DNA of 64,000 nucleotides from Perkinsus olseni (Eukaryota): NCBI GenBank assembly GCA_013115125.1, contig JABANN010000002.1, positions 1 to 64,000 of the forward strand, read 5' to 3'. Shown piece by piece: positions 50,328 to 62,100 of this stretch (position 1 is its first letter; each line of letters starts with the position of its first letter). The notes under the pieces were generated by a model. It saw only the letters and a program-made list of their open reading frames with translations, ran no database searches and was not told where the DNA came from. The position numbers and the translations under genes were made by a program.

Positions 50328-52117
50328 ATGGAGCAAGATGGGATTTTCGACGAAGTGAACTTTGCTATTGTTTAAGGCGGAGCGAAATTAAGATCATTAT
50401 CTTTGGAATTTTTATCCGATGTTCGGAAAGGAACGTGGCAAGCCCAGGCCGACTGAGGCTGGGTTGGAGCATCCGCGTGTGCAGACTGCCAGCACGACGA
50501 CCGAGGGTGTCAGTAGGGAAGGCGAACGCCCGAGGACTCGACAGGTCGAAGTTCACACTAACAATGAGAAAATGGACGATCTCGCGCTCAGTTTTTACGG
50601 GAAAATATCACCACCCGCCGAGCACGGACGGCGGAAACAGGGACGAGAGGCGGTTGGGCAGGTGAGCGCATCTGATAGGCGATTTTGATGTATCGGGTGA
50701 GCGGTATGTCCGCGTTACAGTCAGGCGGCACGATAATGTAAATAGCTGAATCACGCGACAAGACCTCATCGTTGGCGCATCGGTTTTGAGTTTATTTCAG
50801 TCGGCGACGGCGTTGGACAGCCACTCACAGTTGGCGGCGTGGATCGTGGTCTGTAGGTAAAGAGGATCGAGACCGGGCCATGACGGCCGAGAGCGGAGAG
50901 CGGTGTAAGTCGATCAGAGCTCGGGTGGATTCTCAAAGACACCGAACGGCGGAGAAGGCGTCAATGCGAAGGTAGCTAAGAGTCTTGATCGCCCCTACCG
51001 GCCCTGCTTCTCTTTCACCGATGTGCTCAGTTCTTGTGCGCTCCGTTCACAGATCGATGTAAGGTGGTCATCAGAAGGTTTATCGAACGGCTTCCCTCGA
51101 GGAGCCACCGCGTGGTCGATGCTTTGTAGTTAAGAATCTCGAGAGGAGCTCACCCTTGATATCGAATACCGCTCCTCGCGACACTCGTGTTCGCCGAACC
51201 ATTGCTTCTCAGGTTTTTCCGCACTGCTGCCGCGGATATCCATGCAACGGTCTCCCCAACAGCGTCGGGGCTCAAGCTCGGGGTGGCTCGAGCCAAAGCC
51301 GACCTTCAGGTGGGCGGCCGCCGAGTGCAGGAAGGCCTGGATGATAAGTACACTACTGCCTTGTTGTTGTATCAGAATCATACAACATGTATTCGCTCCT
51401 ATGGTAACTCCACTGAAATGTTGGTGGTGCGTGTGAGTTTAAAGTCCAACGCCAACAGTACGGCTTAGTCAGACTAGCACCGATGCACCTTTCCGTGGGG
51501 GGTCAGTTTACCCTGTTGAATAGGCCCTGTTCATCAAGCCAGAAATGTTATCATCATAGTATTATTCAACCTTGTTCTCTCGCTAAGTCCCCATGCAACG
51601 AAGAATGATAAACTTTGCCGCACCCTTTCCGAGGAGATAGGCCCTCGCACGCTTGTTGGACTTGCCCGATAAATTGACGTTCAACCAATAATTTGTGATG
51701 AGATGTTATTGTCGATTGATGCGGTCGCCTGACTTATCTTAGGTCTTGTCGTTACAGCACGAGGAATCTCACAAGATTCTCAGCAGAGTGCGCACCCATC
51801 ACTCCTTCCCTCGTCGGGTGGAGCTCTTCAGAGGTCCTCGGTTGCGCTGCTTTCTACAACCCCCACCCGTGCTCGGCTCAGATGAGTTCCTGCCAGTCCT
51901 GACCAACCTCCGCGAGACCATTGCGGACATGCGCTTCGAGACGTCCACTGATCTCTCGGCCGCGGCGGCGGCTGTGCAGGATTTGCAGGGCCAGTACATG
52001 GCCACGTCGGTGAGCCGCCGCCAGTACGGATATTTGACAGTCGCGGTTTATTCAGCTTCTCCTCGACGAGGTTGAAAAGAAGGTTGAGGAATTGGAAGAA
52101 ACCATCGGTTGGTCATG
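50328..52117 (+). CDS. Hypothetical multi-exon protein
   Basis: Coding-like blocks bounded by GT/AG (e.g. PPPVLGSDEFLPVLTNLRETIADMRF.., LLLDEVEKKVEELEETIGWS*). No family recognised; exon structure uncertain. Confidence 0.45.
51421..51549 (-). repeat. Truncated copy of dispersed SINE-like repeat
   Basis: GTGTGAGTTTAAAGTCCAACGCCAACAGTACGGCTTAGTC...GGGGGGTCAGTTTACCCTGTTGAATAGGCCCTGTT, near-identical to 39731-39836. Confidence 0.85.
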
Positions 52118-52507
52118 ATCGTTCTGTCGTGCCGCTTCATAGAGGTTCTCTTGCGTTGTCACGTCCGAAGTGTGTGCGCGTGCATGGAGGAAGGGTGCGG
52201 CTTGTTCCTTCTCTTAGAGGGTCCTTCTGAAAGTTGCTACAGGGCTTGGCAGGGATGACTCTGGTGATTGTATCTTGCATTCTTGCCCTGCCTTGGGTTT
52301 CCGCAACGAATGCTCAACAAGATACGTCCGCCGTTTCATACGCAGCCCCGCGTCGTGGTCGGACTCTTATAGCCGTATAAGGAAGTCTTCGGTGACTCCC
52401 ATTCACCGAGCTCTCGAATGGGACCCTAGAAGTGAGTATCTTTCGTGTCTGTGAAATGCCATAGTCGACCTCCGGCGTCGCGCTAGTTCATCGTTTTTGT
52501 TATAATC

Positions 52508-53458
52508 ATGACGAAAGTGACCCTCCTCGGCGCTTCCGGCGGCATCGGTCAGCCCCTGTCCATGCTCCTCAAGCTCAACCCCATGATCACGAAGCTGGCC
52601 CTTTACGACATCAAGCAGGCCATGGTTCCCTGCGCTGGCGTTGCTGCCGACGTCAGCCACATCAACACCCCCGCCAAGGTCGTTGGTTACGCGGGCGATG
52701 ATGAACTCGAGGCTGCCCTGAGCGGGGCTAACATCATCGTGATAACTGCTGGTGTGCCCCGCAAGCCTGGCATGACGAGAGACGACCTCTTCAAGATCAA
52801 CGCGGGCATCGTCCGTGGTCTGGCGACCGCTTCGGCCAAGTACGCCCCCAAGGCGACGCTGTGCATCGTGTCTAACCCGGTTAACTCCACCGTCCCCATA
52901 GCGGCTGAGATCTTCAAGAAGGCCGGGGTTTTTGACCCCAAGAAAATCGTCGGTGTAACCCAGTTGGACATCACTCGTGCCAACACCTTCGTGAGTGAGA
53001 AGACCGGCATGGACGTTGAGCACATGGACGTTCCTGTCATCGGCGGCCACGCCGGTGAAACTATCATGGCGCTGTTCTCCCAGGCCAGGCCCCAGTTGAA
53101 ACTCGACCAGTCTACCATTGAGGAACTTGACAAGCGCATCCAGAACGCCGGTACCGAGGTTGTTGAAGCGAAGAACGGCGCTGGATCCGCTACTCTTTCT
53201 ATGGCCTACGCCGCAGCTAAATTCGTCGATGTTGTTATTCGCGGTCAGCGCGGCCAAATCACGGCCGCCTGCGCTTACATTAACGAGCCCTTCGAGGACG
53301 TCTCATATTTCTCGTACAGGTGCGACTTTGGTCCTGAGGGCGTCTCCAGAGTTCACCCGCTGGAGGGTCTCACAGCGTATGAAAAGCAACGTCTTGGAGA
53401 GGTCAAGAAGAAGTTGAAGGGCGACATTCAGAACGGCCTCACTTTTGCTAACAGCTAG
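52508..53458 (+). CDS. MDH: NAD-dependent malate dehydrogenase (mitochondrial/gammaproteobacterial type)
   Basis: KVTLLGASGGIGQPLS, AGVPRKPGMTRDDLF, VSNPVNSTVP, VIGGHAG, NAGTEVV..GSATLSMA; intronless with strong codon bias. Confidence 0.97.
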   Translation: MTKVTLLGASGGIGQPLSMLLKLNPMITKLALYDIKQAMVPCAGVAADVSHINTPAKVVGYAGDDELEAALSGANIIVITAGVPRKPGMTRDDLFKINAGIVRGLATASAKYAPKATLCIVSNPVNSTVPIAAEIFKKAGVFDPKKIVGVTQLDITRANTFVSEKTGMDVEHMDVPVIGGHAGETIMALFSQARPQLKLDQSTIEELDKRIQNAGTEVVEAKNGAGSATLSMAYAAAKFVDVVIRGQRGQITAACAYINEPFEDVSYFSYRCDFGPEGVSRVHPLEGLTAYEKQRLGEVKKKLKGDIQNGLTFANS

Positions 53459-54274
53459 ATTTTTCTATGGTATTATTTCCTAGTAGAGCTCAGCATGGCG
53501 TATTCCCATGGTAACGTGTATTCCTGTCTAAGGAGCTGTGAGAACCTTGCGTTATAATACCACTCGGCAACTACATCTGCCTCAAGAAGTCATGAGTGCA
53601 CCGAAGCGTCCATTCCAGCGGGCAGTGAACTGGGGTCTGTACGCTCGAGAGTGAATATAAGGTTGGGAGAGAGCTTGTCATTTTTGCTACGAGCTTCGCC
53701 ACCTTCGTCGGCAGCCTACAGCAACAGGAATCTACAATTCTGCTTGCGTATAGCGCATGACATTCGCGCTCCCACGGCCTGGCGCAACTGGCTTCCTTTT
53801 ACTCGCATTAATCATGCTAAAATCAGGAGTGTTCGCGGGCGTGTGTGGGTTCATAATCCAACTCCGACTCTGGCTCAGTTAGACTCTCGCGGATATGCTC
53901 AGTTGGAGACTTTCTGTCGCGTTGACGCGCAGTGCGATTAGACAGTTTGCCGAGTAGTTCTGGCGCGTTTTGGTGTGTGGTTTCTGAACGGGTGAAATAC
54001 GGATGTCGCGCAAAGAGGCACTATCATTTTCACGAGGACAGGATCTTTAACAAGCAGCGTGCGGAAAATAGTGGACTGGGAAGAGACGTGGCAGGCATTT
54101 CGGTTGAATGAAGCGCACGATCGCAAGAGAGGATGAATGAGAACAAGACTTGCTGCTTCCACCGCACGCGGAACGGTACTTTAACTACGCGTTCCCCTTT
54201 TTCAAGACTCAAACGCAAAATTGATATAATCATAACAATCAGTCATGCATCGGCATGTTATCTAAGGTGGCCCA

Positions 54275-56425
54275 TCATACAGCACCCTTACTCAGCTCGG
54301 CCTGTAGCTGGCTGAGATCAGCCTCGGCCTTCGAGAGGGCCCTCTCCGCCGCGGGAGGCAGGACGACCTTGTGACTGAGGAGGAAACAAAAACATCCAAT
54401 ACAGTTGGTAACTCCTACACGCCTTCCTTACCGTCCAGCTCTGCCAACCTCCAGGAAAGAGCTTGGGTGATGGCCAGCCACCAAGGATTCCTCTTGCTCC
54501 TTGATGCTTTCGGCCTGACCACGAAAAACTTCAAACCCCCAAGCGGTTCTATTAACGAAGAATAATTAATTTCAACACCACCCGCCTGGCACCGTCGCGC
54601 ATGTTTGATGAAAGCGCGTTGTCACCTCTGCCCTAGTCTTGGCGTTCTCCTTCTCCAAGACGCTCTTGAGGTTGTCCAGCAACTGCATGACGCCGTCATC
54701 CTTCGCAGCGGCACCCAACTCGAGGAAGGAAACTCCCGCGTGGACGTTGTTGACGATGGTATCCTGACCAAAGTAATTGACAAAAAAATCAGAAAAACTT
54801 CGCTCCGCCGAGGACAACCGACTCTTTTCAGAGTTTCCAAATCCTGGTGTAGTTTGTCCTTCATTTTACGCAGTTGGTCCTCGGCCTCCTTCGCCTTGAC
54901 CTTCTCTCCCTCAAGCCAGCCACTCAGAGGGCCGCTGCCGTCCTCTTGACGAGTCGATTGGAGGTACTCCTGTAGAAAATCGTCACTGCGCCACAAAATT
55001 ACCCAAAGACCTACATTGTGAATCTTCTCATTATCAGCAGCCCATTTCCTTTCGATGTCCTTCAGAACCTCGGCCTCCTTCTCAGCATCGAAGTGCACCG
55101 CCCCGGTGCCCGTCTGGAGGAGACTCTCCGTCCCAGAAGTCGCGTCCAACTTGGCTTGAAGGTCCTTAGCAGCATCCGTCTAAAAAGATTCCGTCGCCTA
55201 GATTCGAACCCGGGACCTTCCTAGCGTCTCACCTCCTCTCGAGAGAAGGCCGTGATATCAGCGCTATCACGCTTGAGCTTGCTCAGAGTATCGTCAAACT
55301 CATGCTGCATGTGCTCAACGTCACGCTCGTCCTTCTTCACCTTCTCATTCGTCTGAGACCGCCAACTCCCGCAAGGCAGTCGCGGCGTATTCTCACCGCC
55401 ATGCTGGCGAAGTTGAGCCCCTTCTCCAAGAAGGAGCTCCTGGGGATGTCGGGGAGGCCGGCGTCGGCCCGAACCTTGTTCAGGGAATCTTCGAATCTGA
55501 CAATGTACGCATACGAACACGATCAAAGGTGAAGTATTTCGCGCGCCACTAAATTAGGCTTCGAGTAGATGGGGTAAGGAACCTCGTCATACGCAGACCA
55601 ACAAGAACCGTCACTGCGCCACGAAATTAACTCACTTGGCATACCACTCCTGGAGGACATCAGGAGTGAGCATATCCTTGGCCTCTCCTGTTTGCAGGAA
55701 GGAAGCCCCGACGTCCCTGCCCAAGTCAAGTGGGGCCGCCACCGAATCGGAACTTTCGAAGGAGAATGGATGATGGGCTTCCGATGAGCTCTTCGCGAAC
55801 TCCCTCTCCTCGGACTCCAACACCCTCTGCTGGTCGGCAAGATCGGCATTCAGTTTGCTTATCTGTTGTGGCACCGGTGGGGGACACTCGATAGGCGGGA
55901 GAATCCTACCGCCTCTTGGGCGACGTTGATGCTCTGTTGCGCCTTCTCACTGTTCGCTTCAATCGCCTTGTCGTCCAACTGGAGGAAGCTCGCTCCTGAT
56001 GAAGAGAACACCTCGGAGATGAGCCATTCTCAGTAGGGGTAATCAACTCCCGACTTATGCAGATCCAGAGTGGGAAGATTTTATGACACGCAGCCCCATT
56101 TGTTCGCAGCGACCCGTGCTGGAGTTTCCGTCTCCAGTGGATGATATGAAATTATATGTCCCGTCCGTCCTCAACGTAAGGAGCGTCAGAGTAACGCATG
56201 GTGTGGTATGACGAGTCTCGTTATCCCAACCTACCAACACTCTTGGCGCCATTCATGATGGCAGCGGCGACGTCCCTAGCCTTGTTCATGCTGGACTCGA
56301 AGAAGGAGGGCTTCGAGGTTGTTGTGGAATTATCCTTTTGTAGGAAGTTAGACAATGGAACTGAGCACAGCGAAGACGGCATAGGGCAGAGAAGCTACGC
56401 AGAAGAAGATTGGCACCACAGCCAT
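54275..56425 (-). CDS. Secreted coiled-coil protein with repeated S-hydrophobic-x-E/Q motifs (multi-exon)
   Basis: Hydrophobic N-terminus MAVVPIFFCVASLP; motifs SFFE, SFLQ (x2), SFLE, SLLQ between E/K-rich helical exons; stop after ..AELSKGAV. Confidence 0.7.
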
Positions 56426-56620
56426 CTCGTTTTCCTTTATAAATTCTTTGTCTACATTATAGAAGCAGAAGTTGGAGGCGATTTTCGACGTACAGATTGG
56501 GGTTCTCGCCGATGGTGAGACGAGTTCATCACAACTTGTGATTCACAAGACTTGAAAAACTGTAGAAATTAGCGATCGCTAGCAGCACGATACTCATGAC
56601 CCTCAGCAGTGTTGGGTCCG

Positions 56621-57348
56621 TCAGTTCACGAGTGATGGCGCCAACTGCCCACCTGCATTCTTCAGCTCCTCCTTCCCGAGCTCGCGGAGGCTTTCTTCAC
56701 TTTCTTCAAGACTCCTGAGGCCGTGAAAGTACCCCAACCCGGGATCGAACCCGCGACCACTACTTGTCCTCAGACTGTCTGCTCTGCTCCAGAAGGGCGA
56801 GATCCTTCCTATCCTGCTTGGTAGTTTTGTCCAAATCCGTATCCAGCGTTTTCATCTCAGCGTTGACCTGCCCGAGCGAGTCTTCGAAGAGCCACTCCGC
56901 CAAGAAAGTGATGGAGAAACAACACGGAGAGGAGATCGCGGGAAGCTGCTCCCCGCCTCGGCCGGAGCGCGAGTGGGACGAAAGCAGCAAATGCGAGCAT
57001 ATGGTCCGAACGAGCTGGTCGAAGTAGTGATAGATCAACGGTACTTCGTGCCCAAGCTACATCGCCATTGACGCGCTAAAGTGCAGTACACAACGCCCTT
57101 GTTCGTCGACCGCTTTCTAAGTTCCGACGGATGGAACTTCGCCGAGGGATGTGGACCCCTCAGCGCCACTCCAAAAGATGCCCGTGACAGCGTCGTGTGT
57201 CCTCGCTTTCCCTATTTCTCACCTTAGCGATGAGCTCATCAGTAGCCTTCTGAGTGTTGTCCCAATCGATCTCCGCCTTACTGCGATGTCTGGCCGCATC
57301 AACCGTGACGCCGAGAAGGACAGTTGTTGTGATGAAGATGATTTGCAT
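56621..57348 (-). CDS. Small secreted coiled-coil protein (multi-exon)
   Basis: Signal-like MQIIFITTTVLLGVTVDA; exons EWLFEDSLGQVNAEMK.. and SLEESEESLRELGKEE; stop TGA. Confidence 0.65.
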
Positions 57349-57499
57349 GACGTCAAGAAGATATCAGTAGTAATAGCTGCATCAGCCATTACCGAAACCC
57401 CTCCTCGCCACCCACCAGAGCCACGCAGCACGAATGATGATTTCGACACAAGGCGTGTGGACAGCACGGCATGATTGCATGCATCCCATTGGTATCGAT

Positions 57500-59000
57500 T
57501 TACTCCTTCACAGCAGCAGTCACGTCGCCGTCTTTCACCTGCTTCTCCTCGTCGAGAATAGCCAGCTTCTCCGCGCGCGTCTTGGCGATATCATCGTCAA
57601 TCTCCGCGCTAAGCCTGAAACACGGCAATCGATCAACCCTCCCTCAGGGCCCTCACTAACCCTACTTGTGCAAACTCTCCTCCGCTACGCTCATGTGCTT
57701 CCCAGTCGTCTCCAAAAACGAGGACGGCGAACCCGGCTCAGCGTCCTCCTCAGTACGCTTCTTGCGTTGCTTCACGATATCGCTAATTTGATGGGAATCC
57801 TGAGACTCAAAATTTGACTCACGGCCCTTTCACCCAGACTCCACCAATTTACTTGCTTCAGCGCCGCGACGCTGGCCGACATCCGCTGTTCAATTTTGTC
57901 AAGCTTCGCCTCCTTCTCCTGTTTCTGCTCCTTCAACCCATCCAACTTAGTCTGCCATTCCGAGTCTGACTCTGAGGTATCCGCCGAGACCTAACATCAC
58001 GGGCGTGCGCGCTTTGCACCACAATTTTTCGAATTCGCGGTAATTCGAAAACTCATCTCACCTCGAGTTTTTTCGCCTCCCTTTCCCATTTGCTCTGCAA
58101 GTCGCGAATCTCATCCGCGTGCTTCTCGAAATTATAAGAGTTTCGATCGCCTCCCCCATACTGCATCAGCGACGAGATGTCAGTACTCAGATTCGGATTT
58201 TCCGCTTCGAACTTGGCCTGGTCGTCCAAAGCCTTATCGAGCTGAAGGAACACGCCCAATGCGATAATTGCCATCGAGAGAGCGCCGGACTCCACCCATG
58301 CAATCAGCGCACGACGGAGAAGAGACAACGGCGATTCTGTCACAGACGGAGATCGCTCGGCGAGGAACTAGGATTGCTTAGGGCAAAATTATTACCTCTG
58401 CTTTGGCCTCAGCCTGCATCTCCAAATTGTTGGCTTTCAGTTTGGCCAACTGCGAGTTGAAGGCATCGTCAAGTCGAGCTACCTCGCGCTCACGGGACCT
58501 TAGCTCATCACTGTCCTGAAAAAGCGGAAACAGACGTATCCTAACTTCATGCGCACAGGATTCAGAACAGGTCAGATCGGACTCACCAAGTTGATCGGGC
58601 TCTTCTCCTTGGCCTCCAAAAAGGAGGCGTCAGAAGCCTCTATGTCTCCCCCGGCGTCAGAATCACCACCGGCGTCCGAGTCCACCTCATCGTTAGCCGG
58701 AACGACCGAGTCCGAAGTGTCTCCACCGACATCAGGCTCCTCGTCCACCATCGACGAGCTCCCCAGATCTCCGTCCATCTCGTCCTCGTCAAATGACTTC
58801 TTGCTCTTTGCTTTGGTCTCGAGGAGTGAGGATCCTCCGCTCAACTGGCCGTCAGGAGTACCCTGCATGCCGTTGATGTGATGCAGCCTCTCTCGGAACC
58901 TGCATACCAACACTGGTGGTGCTGCGCTCACCACCACCACCCCAGCGTGAAGGGTAGCAGCAGCAGCACACGTGATTTTAACGTATGGGCGAAACTCCAT
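57500..59000 (-). CDS. Secreted acidic/coiled-coil protein with SLLE/SFLE/SLMQ motifs (multi-exon)
   Basis: Signal-like MEFRPYVKITCAAAATL; SSLLETK, ASFLEAK, SSLMQYG; coiled-coil exons; stop TAA. Confidence 0.7.
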
Positions 59001-59149
59001 TATACACCCGCGACCTATGACAGATTGAGATGATAATATTCGCCACTTTCGAAGGGTGAATCGAGCAAACCTCTCCTCGCTGCGAACTCGAGCTCCGCTG
59101 CGATGAGCCCTAGGATCCGTCGCAGCAATAGGGCACTGCGGAGAGCCTA

Positions 59150-62100
59150 TCGCGGTTCTCTGGATAGGTAACTCATCAGCGCTGGCAAGTGCCCAGGGTT
59201 CTCAGCAGCAGCAGCAGCAGGTGGCAGTCAAGGGATAGTTAGCGGGAACTTCAAGAGGGCACCAGGTCCGTCTGCAACCGTTCGAGATTTCATCACGATC
59301 AACGCTGCGCATCCAGAACGACCCAGAAAAGCGATATGATTCCCCAACTAGCGAAAATCGTAAACTCTTTCTCCGACTTGTGAGAAGTGCAACTACCGTG
59401 CACCGTGCGCACCCTCACAGGCCTGCGCTCGCCGGTACCCCCACCTACTCGTTTAGCCATCCTGTCTCGTCTGCGGCGGCATCGGACTGGATGAAGCTGC
59501 TCGCCTCGGGATGGGCCGAGGCAGCGGCGGCGTCCTCGCGCTGCTCTTTGGCAAGGTCAGCTGATTGAGTCTGTACATCCTCTTTGAGAGTGGCGAGCTG
59601 AGTTGCGGGAAAGTTGGTATGGCAATCACGCACGCGCACGACTACAGCTTTCTCTGCTTTGGCCAGGCTCTGCTGGACCTTAGCGTCATCCTCATTCTCA
59701 GCCTTCAACGCCACAGCGTAGTCAGGCAGGTCCGCACCTCGGCCGAGCTCCAACAGGGATACCGGCAGGGACGATTCATCGGGATGTCGATGCTTCAGCG
59801 TGCGTGCTGAAAGAAATAAGAGGTTGTTGAATCCACTATCACCCATGAGCAGGAAAAACCGCGCGCCACGAAATTGCTTACACTTTTTCTTCGCGAAGTC
59901 CTCCAATGACTGCTTGGCTTCCTGTCGCATATTCATCGAGAACGATCTCGCCTCTCTAGCAATCTTCCTGAGGGGCTCCAAGAAGGCCGGGCCGCCAGAG
60001 GACTCCATGAAACTTGAGGTTGCCGCCGAAGACGGCGCTGAGAGCATCAGAGACAATCCGTTCAACAGCGGCAGGATGAAGCAGCAGGAGCAGGAGCAAA
60101 GTTGATGCATACTGCATATTGAGACGACGGGCGGAGTAAGGCGAGTGCTTGACGACAACACGTCCTCCCTACCTGGCTCCTCCACCAGCTTCTGCTCCTC
60201 CTTCTCAAATTCATGCTCTGACTTTTCCATCTTCCTGCAAAAACCCACACGATTCCGAACCATGTCGCACGCCACGAAATTTTCACTTGTCCGACTCCTC
60301 GCGTGCTCTCTCCAGCCTAGCGACATCCGCCTTCTCGTCCTTGACAGTCTTCGCCATATCAACATCCAGCCGGGCCATCTGCGTGTTCAACTGAAAGCCG
60401 CGCTAGTAGGCTGTGACAGAGCATTTTGTCACAGTCTTTATTGATGAGGAGCCTAACGACCAGCTGTACGCGTACAGCGAATTGCGCATTGGCGGTCTAT
60501 TCTTTTATAGCCTTCTATTGCACACACACTCATGCCAACCACCGTGGCCTAGTGCTACCCGTGGGCTGGATGGCTACCCAAAACGTTACGCAGGGACGGT
60601 CCGATCGTCCAGAGGCCGCGGCCAGAACTCACTTTTTTAACCATTTCGTCTGTCCTCTTCCTCATCTCAGCAACACTCGCGTCAGCAGTAGAAGTCGATC
60701 TGGCAGCGAGCTGGAAGAAGGAGCTTGGACTGGCAGAGCTCGAGGCCAGCTCGAGGAAGGAGCTTGGGGAGGAACTCGCCTGAATGAAGGTAAGCATTCA
60801 AACGGTAAAGACGGCAGACAAAGTGTCAGGCATCTACTACCAAGCATACGCGTAAGCGAGTACGCATACCGTCGGGCTCACCGAGTTAGGGGCTGCACCA
60901 CAGAATGTCGTGCCTCCAGCGAAGACCGAACAACTACTACTGCTGGTTCGATGCAACAGCGGCTCTAGCACCCTCGCATAGCCAACAACGCTCCGGCGAT
61001 TTCCTAGTTTCGCCACCAAAGCCGCTGGCCCAGGCATCCCGTCGGCGCTAAATCCCCGCTGCTCACTTCGAAGCATTTAGCCTTTCGTCCACAGGTCAAT
61101 ACATCGCCCTTAACCTTGTCCAGCTGGTACAGGTGCTTCGTGCACTCACTCTCGTCCTCTCCTCGGGACTGATGAATCTCCAGGCATTCCACCATCGAGT
61201 GGCATTCAATATCTGCGGACAAGTTTAAAAACCACGCGATGCCGCCGCCGGGGTTCGAACCTTGGTCGCAATTTCCGAGCTCGTAATCGCAGCTGCTCTG
61301 CAGACAGTTGGCGTCGATGCTCTCCAGGTTGATCATTGCTGGTTTGATTTCCGATGATTCTATCTCCACCATCGACTTGCCCTGACACCGACGAGCTCTC
61401 AACCAGGTGAATCCTTCAGAGTCTGTGACGGTGGCAACAGACCGCTGCTGCCTCTGCTAAATTCCAGCTGCACTCCCAGGATTCAATTTAACGCGTAAAA
61501 GACGATTCTGGCAGAGCTTCTCTCCAAGCTCAGGAGCGGCAGCAGTCTATTGAACCGCAGAACCGATTCAGCTAATCGGCCTCAAAACCCAGGTTCGATC
61601 CCTTCACAAGTTGAAATTCATCTCACGGTCAATCCTGAGCCTCAGGGTGGGTCGAATCAACAACCTCAGCTTATCGAAGAGCGCCTCATACCCCGAGCGG
61701 TTTGGCTACGAGTACATCACCGGATTCGACAGAGTTGTGGTACTACACCCCGATACCATCGAAAATAAAATTTGATAACTTCAAGTCCACTAATGGCATC
61801 CTCGTAATCTCACCTGAGCCACCTCCTCAAGGACCTTCTTCTCTCCAGGCACCACTCCCTCTGCTGCTTGCTCTGCTGGATCCGCCCTGCAATCCGATGG
61901 TGACGGACGAGTTTACTCAGCACGATTTTCCGCTCACGTTTTGACTCGCTGGCATCCAAAATCGAAGGCGCACTTCATCAGGCTGCCTTCGAGCACGGAT
62001 TCGTCCAGGCGACTGATGCCGTCGGTGCAGTGGTCCGCACCCTGCATACGCCGGGCCGATCGGGCGAAGGCCAGAGCCTTGGCAGCTACTGGAGAGAGCT

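Noticed and set aside
52403-53257. 284-aa antisense ORF over MDH
   Set aside because: Shadow ORF caused by the strong codon bias of the real gene.
61580-61610. Weak B-box-like matches (also 5273-5290, ~26385-26400, ~37505-37530)
   Set aside because: Only GGTTC(G/A)A matches, with too little flanking tRNA structure to count.
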